A DNA stretch of 64,000 nucleotides, from the NCBI GenBank assembly GCA_012295275.1, contig CM022677.1:11718001-11782000 (forward strand), in the 5' to 3' direction. The notes beneath the pieces are model-generated. The model worked only from the letters and a program-made list of their open reading frames with translations. It was not told the origin of the DNA and searched no databases. Positions 1 through 14,391 of the stretch are shown here, piece by piece. The stretch is from Chrysomallon squamiferum. Taxonomy: Eukaryota > Animalia > Mollusca. Numbering within the stretch: position 1 is the first letter of the stretch; each line of letters opens with the position of its first letter. Position numbers and translations under genes: made by a program.

Positions 1-268
1 TATTTGTCCCGCTAATTCTCTACCGTGTATGTCATGAAGTTCTAACCGAGATACGTTCTGAATTTTTTCTGTTCTTACTTTCTCAAGACTTAACTCCATC
101 CAGATATGTACAGATTTGTATTTTTTTCATTATGATAACAGTCTTCTGCTGATAATCTCTGTAGATATCGTTCATGTATAAAACCGTCTGCTTAACTTCT
201 CACATTTAATTTGTATGTGTCTTGAAGTCGAAACAGAACTGCAGCTACCCCTTCTAAATCTTCGTAAC
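1..268 (-). pseudogene. P4HA: Prolyl 4-hydroxylase alpha fragment, second copy, running off the window edge
   Basis: Colinear with 37920-38198. Both copies share gataacagtcttctgctgataatctctgta and tcttgaagtcgaaaca. The minus strand reads YEDLEGVAAVLFRLQDTYKLN...DGFIHERYLQRLSAEDCY. It has an internal deletion near 130 and no 5' coding part. Confidence 0.85.
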
Positions 269-494
269 CTATCATTTCTATTTTTTATTATTTTATTACA
301 AATATTTTTTTATTTTTTTTTATTTTATTTTATGAATGTGTTTGCATAAATGTCAGTTTTAATACATGCAAAATGTTTTTATACAAAATCATTACACTTT
401 ATTTCATTTCTATTTTTATTTTTATTTTTCATTCTTTTTCTCTGTAGACGACTATATTCTGTGAAATATGAAGAATCTCCTCTTAAGTGAATAC

Positions 495-945
495 ATATAG
501 TACAGTAACATGATAGCAGAAATTAAGTAAATAAATACTGAACAGAAAAATTATATTAGCTGTATTAAGTAAATAAATCCTGTCCTGATATTAGCAGACA
601 TTAAGTATAAACACTGTACAGTAATGTGATATTAGCAGCATTAATTATATAAATACTGTAGAGTAACGTGATATTAGCAGACATTAAGTAAATAAATATT
701 GTACAGTAATGTGATATTAGCAGACATTAAGTAAATAAATACTGTACAGTAACGTGATATTAGCAGCATTAATTATATAAATACTGTAGAGTAACGTGAT
801 ATTAGTAGCATTAAGTAAATAAATACTGTTCAGTAACGTGATATTAGCAGCATTAAGTAAATAAATACTGTACAATAACGTGATATTAGTAGCATTAAGT
901 AAAAAAAAAAAAATACTGTACAGTGATGTATGATATTAACGCAGA
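495..945. repeat. Minisatellite, ~42-43 bp unit, ~10 imperfect copies
   Basis: Unit gtaaataaatactgtacagtaacgtgatattagcagcattaa repeats in tandem. About 1.3 units also occur at 39169-39222. Confidence 0.9.
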
Positions 946-1056
946 CGTTAAGAACAATCCTGGAACGACGGCAATGACGGCCTCAGTAATATAAATATTA
1001 ATGATATTTTCTTGACTTAGGATGCGGACACTAATTGCAATATTTAATAAAAAGCT

Positions 1057-1088
<32 letters not shown>

Positions 1089-1409
1089 CAGACAATGTTT
1101 TCAGACGTAGATCAAACATTGGTAAATTCCTGCGCAATAATAAGCCACTTATTGTAAGCTTTGTGATTTTATTTGGTGCATTAATATAAATAAACAGAAG
1201 AAAGAAAAAGTAGGGTAAAAAAAATAAAAACACCGTTTATTTGAAGTTAGCGGTCAACGATTGGCTAATAATAAGATAAAAAAATATATATATATAAATA
1301 AATAAATAAAATAAATATATTTTAATAAAGATTGTTATGTTCCTTTATTTTATTTATTTGTTTTGAACATTATTTAATTTTTGTTTTATTTATTTATTTA
1401 TTTTCTTTT

Positions 1410-1913
1410 AGGATTGTATATGCGGAAAAATGCGGGATGATTGTCGGTCTTTATGGATTAACTTTTTATTTGATGTTCGAAGAATTTTCTACAGAATTGG
1501 TGTAATCGCATTAAAAAAGTTGCTTAAAGTATTTCATTTTGTGACGGAGACAGGTATTACTATTTATTATTATAAATGTTAATGTGTTTGGATTTTTTTT
1601 CGTTTTATTTAATTATAATTTAAAAGTCATAGACATCTGATTGGGAACAATATTTATTTATTTATTTATTTTTTTAATTTATAATTTATTTATTGTTAAT
1701 AATAACATTCACCAGTGGTTGTACTAATGTGAAAAGCATAAACAACGTCATATAAAGAAGAAATCATGTTTAATTTTGTTTTACCAATCATCATATGATG
1801 TATCAGCCTATCGGGGGCAAATTTTGAGTGGCCAGTAATTAAATTTTTTTTAAAATAAATTTACTTGTGTAGCACACATCAAAGGAAATACCACACAACA
1901 AGTCACAGAGAAT

Positions 1914-1951
<38 letters not shown>

Positions 1952-3439
1952 TTTTTTTTTTTTTGTTGATATAAACTAATAAAACTATTAAAAGAAAATA
2001 TGCTAATTTGACAGGTTCTTTTCTGTCAGTTTATTCATTATATTATTTTTAAAGATTTAGGTTAAATTGCTGACTTGTTCTATAATTATGAAACATATTT
2101 AAATGATATTTTTATACAAACTAAAACAAATTTAAGAAATACATAACCAGGTTATTTCATATGTAGACACTGTAAAATATTAATAAAGTTATTTGTTATA
2201 ATAATATTTAACACACACACACATAAACACACACAAATAATTTGTTATCCTGTTTTTTGTTTCCCTTCTTTTCTTAATGGTCAATTTTAATTTACTTATT
2301 TACATTTTGTTTTGTTTTGTTGTAATTCCTTCTTTTTCATCTTCTTATTATTACTACTACTTTTTATTATTATTATTATGTTTTATATTTATTATTATTA
2401 TTTTTGTAATCTGTATTATTACTATCCATTTTATTTTTCATATCATTACTAATAATTGATTATTTTTGATGTATTTTCCAGGTCATTTGGAGAAAATGTT
2501 CCAAATGAATTTAAAGAATGTTTCTATGAAAAATCATGCGAGTGAAATATTTTATAAATTCTCATCCAGCTACACGATCATTGACCAGAACCACTCTGTA
2601 GAATGCAAGTGCTGCTGGAATACTATAATATTGATATATCGATGGTTTACATTCAGCATAGACAGGAACAAGAAGGAAAGGGCAGAGCACCACTGAAGTC
2701 TGCAGTTTGTGAAAACAAGCTGATGCTGGTAAAAACACTTCATCTGCTATGCTGCCAAACAAAACAACTTGATAGATGACTGCAATGGCTCTGCATGTCA
2801 GTGGCAAAGACAACAGCCAGAAAGTTGAGCAGCAGGAGCAGCTCTGAGAATGAAGCTGGATGAGAAGATAAAGAAAAGGGAGAGAAGAAAACAGAGGCTG
2901 TAGCTGCAGCAGAACACGATGAGACTCGGGAAGGCAACATTCATGAGAGTGATGTCTCGCCACATTGATAGTTCGAAGGACTGAGTTAGTCCTGTACCTG
3001 ATTCAGGCAACACAATTCCAAGTTGTAAGTTTTTTATCTTATTTTTATTTCTTAGCAAATAAAATAAGTTTTATAGTAACAACTCTTTACTGATTGTATA
3101 ATAATAATCATTTGTTTGCTATTGTTTTGTTAATTATTTAAATTATTATCATTATTATCATTATCATTATAATGATTATACAAAATATATCAAAAATATC
3201 CCACATTCCTTTGTGTCTGAATAATCCAGTAACTGATAACAGTAAAATTTAAATAATAACAGAAACATTAGTTATTTATTTTTAACAGTTTATTATTTTT
3301 GTTATTTTATTTGTAAATTTTTATTTTCAGAATACACATACAGCTCTAATTGATGTGCTGATGTTTGCTAGTGAAGTTGTTTCAGTAGAAGGTGCTGTCC
3401 AGCACTGAGGATAAAGTTTGCTGCCACTGGAATTATTCT

Positions 3440-3484
<45 letters not shown>

Positions 3485-6400
3485 CTCTCGCTCTCTCTCT
3501 ATCTGATAGATATCAGATACATATATAACTATTAAGATAAATAAATAAATTAGTTGTTTTTCAGAAACTGCTCTGTACACAAGAAGAGCTAATTTAGTGA
3601 ATCACCACAGGGTAGAAATGTCATCAAAGAATATGGCAGAACAGGAGGATCTATAGAGGTTGTTGTTATAGTAGTAGTATTAGTCATTGCCATTGTTGTA
3701 GTAATACAGTTGTTACAGCATTAATTCTTGTAGTAGTATTAATAATAAAACTTGTTGTAGTGATGTTTTACTTGTTATAGTGATGTAAATCTTTGAGACT
3801 CATGGTGATTAATAAAACTGTTTGTAGTCAAATTACTGGTTGTAATTTTAGTACTAATAGTAAATGTTTTCAGAGAAAATGATAAATGTGTAATAGCAGC
3901 AATAGTAGTAGTAACAGTAGTCGTTGTTGTTGTAGTAATTATAATAATATTAGTATAAAGAAATAAAGGCTTATGACTAATAATGAAGAGAGCAAAAATA
4001 TCACTTTTATTATTAATGGATAGTAATTTTATTAAGAGGAGTATTATTTTAATAACAGTGACCCTAGTTGAATAAGGAATAATAGTAAATATTAGTTATA
4101 GTAATGATGGTAATAAAAGTAGCATGTTGTGTTGCAGTAAATGTAATAGTAGCAGTATTTTTTATATTTATTTATTTATTTATTTACTCAAACTAGGCAG
4201 TGCACCCATCAATGTGACTCTGACTCAGAGTTGTTCAAAGTTCTGCTGATGAAGAGCTCAGTTTTGGTGACCTGGACATTGAAGCTGACCACATCAGACT
4301 ACGACAATTCTTAAGTTGGAGACTCTTCCACCAGGCCACCAATCTCATCAGTCAAATAGCAGGGAGAAAAAACTTGAATGTGCTTAAAACCAGGCAAAGA
4401 AAAACATTAAAGTGAAATCTCTTTCTGGTTTTGCAGGTGATTTTGAGAAAAAAAACCTGAAGATGACAAATTCTTCTGATACTGTTACTAGCCAGTCAGA
4501 GGAATTCAATAAAACAGAGAACTGTTCTGAAGTAAGAGATCTCGATATCTTTTATAATAATAACTAATAATAAAATTTCTTTCCTTCCATATGTTTTAAA
4601 ACAAGAGCCACTAATAATTATTTTATGGGAAATATTTATTTCACATGACTTAGTTAAAATGATAGAATTCTCTTTATTTTGTTCTCAGTAATTCACACCT
4701 ATATCCAGATAAATAAAGTCAATATTAAAACATTGTTAAAGTATAATTCATAATAATTTTTCCATGACTGAAATTTTTCTTCCCAAAGATTTTATTGTGC
4801 AAATTAATCAAATGCTCCTATCCTGAAATAGGTAAAAAAAATAGTCATTTAAATAATATACGTTAAGATTAGAATGATAAACTTGATGCTTATTTTTATT
4901 TATTGTTATTTTCTTTTTCTTTTATTAATTTTTCTTTCTATACTTGTTTACTTAGATGAATCTGTCTAAAAAAAGGGAAATGTACAAAATCCACAAAATT
5001 GCCCGATTGTGACCAAATAGTAAGAAACAAGTGACTCATATATGAAACAGTTTATTAGTTTCAGTGTTACTGTTGCATTATCTGCATTATTTTGTTCATT
5101 TATTTATTTATTTTTTATCAGCTGGATCACTTCCTCGTTCAGGATTCAAATCTGTTAACTTTAATAAACATAGATTTGTAGGTGATAAAAGTTCAGTTCA
5201 GATCAAGATAACACTTCAGCATTTTAATCACTGCAGTTTTGTGTTAGAATAATATACATAAACTAGCTGATGAACTGAATGATATTCACAGATAATGTTT
5301 ATTTTTTAAGAATTTATTCAGCTGTAATTTAATGTTATAAAAATATATATATATTTTTTCTTAAATATAACAAAAAGATCTGAAGGTATAAAGGACTTTT
5401 TTATGGTTTGAATTAATTATATCATCACATTTTAAAATGTTAAATATTTGTAATTAATTGGAATTCTCTTGATCTTTGGGATTAAAAGATTATTATTCTG
5501 GATACATTTATTGTTGTAGCCAGATTATTAACTTATATTTTTAATCAAATCTAAAATTAGATGTATAGAATCAGTTCTAAGTGTTCCAAAAAAGTAATGC
5601 AGCTTGTAATCAAAATGACTGAATTCACATACCTAGTGGAGAGTGACATTAACAGTTTGTGATTAGAACTGAAAAGCCTTGGTATCTATTAGTAAACTAA
5701 TAAATGACAGAACTTATCAGTTAGTTATTTTTATAGGCTGGTGACAATGAATTCTTTTCAATTTACAGGTGGAAACTGTGAAGTCCATGTCAGATTTTGT
5801 ATTTGTTTTAAACACTTGGTAAAAAAACAGAGTTTTTCAGATCTCACGCTCTCCCTTACAGTACAAGGCAGGTCAGTGCTGAAGATTCAGAGGAGTATTC
5901 ACAATTTTATAGATTTCAGCTTTGAGAAATATTAGTGGTATTTGTATTATTATTATTATTATTACATTTTCATGTTATGTTTGTATTGCTTAACTTTAAA
6001 ATATTTTGATTTAATCAATGCATTGTTCTTGTTTAGTAATAGAAAATCTTTCATAAAGAAATATTTTCACATATGTTTATGAATTTAGTTATAAAAGACA
6101 TTTTTTCTTTTTAAATTGACCAGAATGTAAAATTTGTAGTGATACTTTTTCATAGATATATATTTTTTGTTTAAATTATTTGTGATTTATTATTAAAATC
6201 TATTACAATAAGAGACAGATGTTTATTTATAATAATTTCTTTCTAACATTACACACAATTAAACACAATGGAAAAATAATTATTATTCTATTACATTTTA
6301 TTATTGTATCTACAGGAAAGACAAGATTCTGGAATCAGCTTCAGTTACAAGAATAGGGAGATTTTAAACAGATGAGGTATCTACTGATATGGAACAATTA

Positions 6401-6600
6401 TTATTCACAAAAGATGGATTTTTCTTTCCAAAGCAGTTTCCAGAGAAAATGTTGACAGTACACATCAGTGTTGACTGATTATTCTCCAGTAGTTAACAGT
6501 GGATGATTCTTGGTTATTATGGAAGGGAACAAAAAACTTCTGCTGTCATGACTAATGACACTGCAAAAGCTATGTTGTTTCTACATTACAAATTATAGAA
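1410..6600 (+). pseudogene. Degenerate multi-exon gene relic ('gene X', piece A), possibly BTB-domain related
   Basis: GC-richer blocks, mostly with AG/GT borders: ~1411-1552, 2482-3024, 3330-3420, 4197-4531, 5770-5870 and 6316-6600. All contain stops or frameshifts. The 2482 block reads GHLEKMFQMNLKNVSMKNHASEIFYKF..YT, loosely like the BTB pattern F.aMF...lkE...l......F..ll.y.YT. Confidence 0.3.
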
Positions 6601-7009
6601 GAAATGAAAATATGTGGAGCAATGATATTTACAGATAGACAACAAGCAGGTTCCAGCTTAATGTTGTTTTCATAGACAATATTAGCAAGTTTAGAGCAAC
6701 TATAAGTGATTTAAAGGTTATGGAGATAAGATTTACAGAGACATGAGACTGACTCTCTGATGGGAGGTTAACAGGTAAAGAGATACACAGGAAGGTAAAC
6801 AGAAAGAAAAGAGGGGGATATTATTGATAGACTGATAGACAGTTAGATCAGTAGAAGTTAACAAATGAATTCATAGATGTAGATGAATTTAGGCAGATAG
6901 TTAAACAGGTCAGTGTCTATCTATCTATTCTGTGTTTTCTTCTTTCTGTCATGTGTGTTTGTGTGCCAGGCTGAGAGTGTAGACATAGGTTGTAATGTAG
7001 CTATAAAAA

Positions 7010-8300
7010 TTTAACTTGTACGCAGGAAGGGAAAATGAACTTTGATCATCTGTTTAGTAAAGGCGATCATGATCTAGGATACTGTAGCATCATTAAACAT
7101 AAAATTACCACCTCAGATGATAACCCAGTCAAAGTCCCTTATTGCCGAGTTTCACCAAGTCAGTGGAAACAGTTAAAAGCTTATCTGCAAACCCTAAGTA
7201 GCTGTAGTCATTCTGCGCCCAAGTACTCACCTTATGTATCAGCTTTGGTCCTTGTTAGAAAGTCCGGTGGAAAGCTGAGAATATGTGGAGAATTCTGCCT
7301 CTTAAATGCAAAACCTTTCAAAGATGCGCATCCACTTCCCCGTATAGATGAAGCACTTGAGCCATTGAAAGGCGCCAAGTATTACTCTTCCATCGATCTA
7401 GCACATGGATTTCTTCAGTGAAGAGGAAGAGGAAGACATTCCCAAGACTGCATTTCGCGCTGGTTCGTCGTTTTTTTTTTTTTTTTTTAAATATGCCAGG
7501 ATATCCATGGGTTTGTTTAATCAGAGTAGCCTAATGGCTAATGCAGGTTTGCCTCGGAGAAGACAGTCTTCAGTCTCTGATAGTATACCTAGAAGTCATT
7601 CTTGTGTTTGGACACACCTTCGACGAAATGGACCAAAGGCTAGAAATGGTATTTGGTAGACTACACATGTCATTTGCTTAAAAAGGAGGTTAGGTATCTT
7701 GGCCATGTTGTTTCAGAGACGGGTATTTCTGATAAGGTTTCAGGTGTCAAACAGTGGAAAACACCAACAAGACAACTGAGGTCATTTCTTGGATTTACCA
7801 GTTACTATCGAAGGTTCAATAAGAGGTTTACCAACATAGCCGCACCCCTGCATTCACTGATAGGTGGTGGCAAGAAAAAGAAAGGAGAACTTGTCAGAAA
7901 GGTTCCTGAAACTCAAAAAGCTTTTCAGGAATGCTGGGATCAGTCTTGTGACGATGCTTTCGACGCATCAACAAATTAGCTGACTACAATTCCAAGTTTA
8001 GGCTACTCTGACTTCCAGAAACCTTTCATTGATGAGACTGATGCAGGTTTTCAGGGTTTGGGAGCTGTTCTATCTCAAGAGCAAGATGGTCGAGTAGTGG
8101 GTTATTTCTTCTGCCAGTCGAAGCTCAAACTTGATCTCTTGGTGAGGCAATGGGAGAAAATAAACCAATTGTGTAACATTTGGTATCGTGTCATCCAACA
8201 CAAGCGCAATATGCTATAACAATTAATTTTGCCTCAGGCATTTGTGAAAAATCCATTACAAGATGAAGCTGGTCATCAAGGGTATGAGCGAACAGGGTAG
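7010..8300 (+). mobile_element. Ty3/Gypsy LTR retrotransposon pol relic (RT, RNase H, start of integrase), frameshifted, no LTRs seen
   Basis: RT motifs: SPYVSALVLVRKSGGKLRIC, DAHPLPRIDEALEPLKGAKYYSSIDLAHGFLQ, IPKTAF, EVRYLGHVVS, LRSFLGFTSYYRRF. RNase H: ETDA..QGLGAVLSQEQDG at ~8030-8090. Integrase zinc-binding start LQDEAGHQGYERT at ~8256-8295. The order RT-RH-IN is Gypsy-type. Confidence 0.93.
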
Positions 8301-9180
8301 CCTAACCCTACCTCTAAGCCAATCCCTACCCCTAACCCTACTCCTGCCGCAATACCTACCCCTAAGCCTAACCCTAGCACAACTTCTAAACCTAATCCTT
8401 CCCAAGTTGGATTCGTACGTTAATGCTGCTCCCAATGGTGACTCTATAATTATTTTGCACATTATTGTTGATAACAAAAGTTAAATATTCCTGACCCTAA
8501 CCCTAACCCTACCCCTAACCCAACCCCTAACTCAAACCCTAGCCCTACGCCCTAACCCTAACACTAACCCTAAACGCAACGCAAACAAAGGGACTGAACT
8601 TAATTCTGATGCTAACACCATCTCTAAGCCTCATCCTAACCCTAAAACTAAAACTAATACTAATATTAACCATAACCATAACCCTACCTAAGACTCTAGC
8701 GCTAACTCTAAACCTAGACCTAACGAACTCGTTAAACTTAATTCTAATGCTAACACTAGTACTAACGCTGATTGTAAAACAGTTTGCAGATTATCATAAG
8801 ACACATAATATACTTTAAATAATCCTCACCTAACACTAATCATAATTCTAACCCTAACCCTAGCCCAACTTCTATCCCTACGTCCATCTACCATAATGCT
8901 TTCTCTAAACGTTTCAACTTGGTTCTGGTACCTTCACAAGCTGTCTGACAGCCCGTGCTTCCGGGATCTAAATATAACCCTAACGAAGTCGTTACACTTA
9001 ATTCTAAAGGCAACACTAGTACTAACCCTATTATAATAATCGTAATAAACTTTAAATAACCCAAACCCTAACCCTAATCCCAACCCTAACCCTAACTGTA
9101 ACTCTAACCTTAACCCGAACCCTAACCCGAACCCTAGCTCAACTTCTGAATCTAATCCTACCCAATTCCGCAAACTTAAT
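8300..9180. repeat. Degenerate (CCCTAA)n telomere-like interstitial repeat tract
   Basis: Runs such as ccctaaccctaaccct at 8495-8570 and 9060-9135. They are interleaved with a recurring cttaattctaatgctaacactagtactaac motif at ~8598, 8737, 8997 and 9175. Confidence 0.8.
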
Positions 9181-10993
9181 TCTTAAGCAAACGCTACTGT
9201 TACGACGGTAATGACGACGACATTAATAAACAATAATAATATATTTTATTATAGAATGACAGAGAATAAAAAAAGAAAAGGAATAATGAGGAGTTATGCA
9301 ATAACGTTAGTAACAAGCCGTTACGACGGCGACATCAATAGAAATTACATTAATATATTTTAATAGGTGATGCGCCGACTCAGAAAATATGAGGAATGAT
9401 TAATAAAAAGCGCTAAAGAAAAATTATAATTACTCCAAGAAAGCTAGGAACAAGGCCGTTATGATGGTGATATTAATAGAAATAGTAATAATACCTTTGA
9501 ACACTAAAAAAGTATGAATAATAGTTAATAAAAAGCAAACGAATATAGAGAAGTACACTGATGGTAACGACGGCATTAATAATCAGTATAATTAGACAGA
9601 TAAGAGCATATTAACCTCACCATTTCCTAAAGCTACGAAGAAGCTGCTCTCCAGTGACAGAAATAGACCTAATGTTTGATAGACCGAGACTGAGAAGACG
9701 GGTGAAGCTCTAATTATCATGCTGAATATTTTCATATTCGATTATTTCTTTATCCATCTGAAGACACTGTTTGTAACAGTAAGTATGTTTTGCACGTGTA
9801 TACTAGTGTGAAATTTATAAATTTATTAAAATGTTTTAAAAAAGGATTTCCATTGAGCTATTGCGAGTTAGTTCTAGTTCAGAAATATGATATATCATTG
9901 AAATTGGTACGACCTCCATTTCCATATTTCTTATGTTTTATGCATCTTCAGCATAAACTTAAAGAAGAATAAATAAAATAAAAATGAATTTAAATTGTCT
10001 CACAATATTTTATTATCATTTAGGTGACTTTTAAAAAGTATTTTTTGTAATAATTGTTGTATATATATAGCAGTCATAGTTTAGTTCCAGTAATATTAAT
10101 TGCATATTTAATAAAACTGCTTTATTTATTAATTTATTATTAATTTATTATTGTCATTATTGTAGTTTATCATATTTAATAGTATTTATTTGATATTATT
10201 ACTTTTGAATTTAAATTAATATTGCTTGATTTGCATGAGATGAAATTAGTAATAAATACAGTTTAATATAATGTTCTATATAACTGATATTACAACACAT
10301 TAGATTTATACTAATAAAGAAATTTATATAAATGTTTTTCTTTGTATGTGTCTGTATATTTGTGTGTCAATGAGTGCTTGTTTATTCACAAACACATATA
10401 TTCAAATGCACACATGTATGTACATGCACAATAGTTACCATTTTTGAGTCTTCCATGAAATAAATATTTGATAGCAACACTTGTTATTCCATTAAAAATG
10501 TATTTTAACTAGTAAAATGTAATAGCTTTCATTCACTGATAATCCTTAACATTTCGTTGACTGGAAATTTGTATTTGCTTCTATATATATATAGTTCTAT
10601 GTTTCCTTTTGATTAATATTTAAGAATAAATATAACTTTTCCAGTAAATATTATTTATATATTGAGAATTGAATTACAATTTAATAAATTCTTGGAACCA
10701 AATTTGTACATTGATTAGCTTCACGAAGTTTACTTCCAGTTTTATTTTGTAATTTGTCCTGTTTTGTTTTACTCAAAACCCCAACATGTAGATAAAAATA
10801 AATAAATAAATAAATAAATAAAATAAAATTACGTTTATTTGAATCAGAAATAAACCTGTTTTAGTATTAACAATTAACATTATTTATTGATTTATTCATT
10901 TGTCTTAGTTTAGTTACCAGTAATATTTGTATTATTATTATTTTAATTATTATTAGTTTGGTTATTGTTATCACTGGTTTATTTATTTATTTA

Positions 10994-11030
<37 letters not shown>

Positions 11031-12844
11031 AGAAATTATGAGCAACTGACCATGGATAATAATTTTCATAACATAAGGGAAATAACTCTCTTTTGATAAG
11101 ACTTTGTTTATAGTGTTAAAACATATGAAGTAAAGAAAGACAGCAAATACAATTTAAAATAAAAACACCCTGAAAACAATTTGATATCTTTTTTATTTTT
11201 AACAAGAATCAGTAACAATGAAGTAAAAAACCAAATTCAACAGCAAAATTGTAGCAAATATAAAAATTAATTAATTAAAAATGCCTATAAAAAACATAAT
11301 ACTGATAAGGTCAAATTACATGTGCATAATAAACAAATAACAAAATATTGTAAAAAGCTGTTACTTATTTACTTATTTTTTCATGTGTTTTAAATTATTA
11401 CATTGGATAATCAATTACATTATTTAACAGGAGCTAGTATTAAAAATTAATCTAGACATCTGTTTTGGTTTTTTTTTTAAAGTCTGCTAAATAAACTGAT
11501 TTTAAATTGCTGTAACAGATATTTACAGAGTATATGTTTACATATATATATATATAGATAGATAGATAGACATAGATAGATATATAGATAAACAAACATG
11601 CTAAGTTACATAAAGTCACAGACTTACAGACAGACAGAAAGGTAGAAAGATAGAAAGATAGACAAATATAAAATAAAATACAGGTACATAGATGAATTCA
11701 TTAAGTAACATTATTTAGAGACTGGTAGATACTGGGTAGATAGGTAGGTTGATGATGTAGACCAACAGACAGAGAGACAGACAGACAGGTAATTGTAGAC
11801 ATACACTAGTAAATAGATATATAGTTAATAGGACTAGGCAGATGTAACACACACACACACACACACGTGCATGCAGAAAGAGCAAGATAAGCTGACAGAT
11901 TGGGAGCAGAATGTAAATCAAATTACATTTATATATAATTAATCAAACATTGATGATTTAAATGGAATACCTCTCCTCTGTTGTAGCCTTGTCTACAGAT
12001 ACACAATCAGACATCAGTATCCATGCTATTCCTCTGTTTGAACAAGTAACTGGATTCCGGAAAAGTCAAACAGTAGTAGTAGTGGCAGTAGCAGTAGCAG
12101 CAGTGGTAGTAGTAATTTTAGTAGTAGTAGTAGTTGTAGTAGTAATAATAACAATAATACATTACAATAAGACTAATAATGATAGTAATATTAATAATAA
12201 TTGTAATAAGACAAATAAAATAATATATAAAATAATAATACTAATAATAATAAAAATAAAAATGTAAAAATAATAATCATAATAAGATATTATATTATAT
12301 TAACAATAAAAAAGTACAGTATTATAATAATACAAAATAAGATTAATAACAATAAAATTCACAGAAATCAAAAAGAAGAAAAGAATATATAACAATAATA
12401 GCTTGCCATTTTAATTTATTAACAATCAAGAATAATTAAAAAACAAAAATAAAACAAGAACAAACAATAGAATTAATTTATTAAGACAGACATTTAATAA
12501 AAAAAAAATTAAAATTAAAAAAAAACTAGAAACAAGTATTTTCACCTTCATAAGAACTACTTCCTCTACAGTGCAGTCTGGTTTCTGAATACTTGCATTG
12601 CCAGACAGGTTGAATGTATACACAGCCCTTGCACGATGATCAGCTAGCTGCAGTGAAAGTGTGATTTTAACAACTGTTTATATGTGAGAAGAAATATATT
12701 GTTCTTTACATTAAAAACAAAGGAAAGTTTTAGAAATTAATGTAAAAGTTGATATTAAAACTGGATGCATATGTTAAGTATTGTAATGAGAAATGTTATT
12801 TCATGTTAATCATTTTATATTTATTAAGCTCTCTTGCTCCTCTC

Positions 12845-12898
<54 letters not shown>

Positions 12899-13287
12899 AC
12901 ACACACACTACATTAATAACTATTTTCTTGTTCTTTTATTTGTAAATACATACACAGATTGTATTCAAACAAGATACAATTGTATGTATTTGTGTGTATT
13001 TGTTATAATAAAATCAATGTATTTATTTGTAAAGAAAATAAAGTTAATAAAAATAATGTAGTCATAGTAACAACTTCTTAAAATTATTTATCCAAAAATT
13101 ACAGATGCACATACATATATATATATACACACATCCACACACAAATCAAAAACAAAACTCTTCATACACAGAATACAACACATACACTTTGTTCATTACC
13201 TGATGCCAGGTACTTCTCCATCTTTTTGACCCCAGAGATAGTGTTCAATTCATCAACAGACAGAATACACTCCTTCTATATTATTAT

Positions 13288-13324
<37 letters not shown>

Positions 13325-14069
13325 GAAATGAACATTCTGAATTATCAAGTGGGAAAGACAAGATATACATATTCATAAATAAGGAGAATGTGATGTTTAT
13401 TATTACAGATAGATATATAGAAAGATAGATAGCTGTGAACTGTTATTACTGCACTACTACATACTATATAATCACTCACCATGACCTTTCAACATGGTTG
13501 CAGAGCAAGAAGTTGACTGTTTCCTTTATCTGTGAGATTGGCTGAACAGCACTTCATATTACCCAGCATTCCTAGAGGAAGATAAACAAACAAATAAATG
13601 AGATGACAAATTTCAATAATCATATAAATGTTAAAATAAAAAATAACTGTAACTGTTTACCAGGATGTACCAGCTTAGGTTAGAGTTAGGGTTAGGATTT
13701 GTGTTAGGGTTAGGACTAGGGTAAGGGTTAGGTTTAGACTATTTATTTATTTATTTATTTATTACTACTGCTGATGCTGTTTCTACTATTGCTACATCAA
13801 AACTGCTACTATCACCACCACATTACATACTGCTGCTGATATTTTTGGTACTAATTATTTTGTATTAATATCTAATTTAATTTTATAAAAATCATAAAAG
13901 TAATTTATTATGTCAAGCTTACCTAATGAGTTTCCACCAGTATTCAAGCTCTTTAACTAAGAGTTGTGTCCCTTGGTGGTATCAACAAAGACTAAGGGCA
14001 CCGTCAGTTTCAATCTTAAATTTAAATAAAACAGGCCTGAGTATTTTGTACAAAGCATTAAAACATACA

Positions 14070-14203
14070 AATACACACACACACACACACACACACTATT
14101 ATCAGAGTAGAAATTATTACTATTGCTATTATACACACTCGCTCACTCACACACACTATCTGAATAGTAACAATTATCAATACTGCTGATACACACACTC
14201 ACT

Positions 14204-14242
<39 letters not shown>

Positions 14243-14300
14243 TACTATCTGAGCAGTAGCAGTTATCACAATTGCTGATACACTCACTCACACAAACACA
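14070..14300. repeat. CA-rich compound minisatellite, left part; it continues at 16059-16210
   Basis: Unit (ca)n-ctattatc..agtagtagcaattatcactattgctgata occurs on both sides of the MULE relic. Confidence 0.8.
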
Positions 14301-14391
14301 TGATTCTATCCCATCTTGTAGAAGTCATAAATAAATCACTAATCTCATTCACGGTACTCAAATAAGACAATGGACTAGGCCACAGGGTTGA

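Noticed and set aside
8256-9173. Leu/Thr- or Gly/Leu-rich ORFs; also a true telomere
   Set aside because: The ORFs are translations of degenerate CCCTAA repeats. The tract is internal and too degenerate to be a functional telomere.
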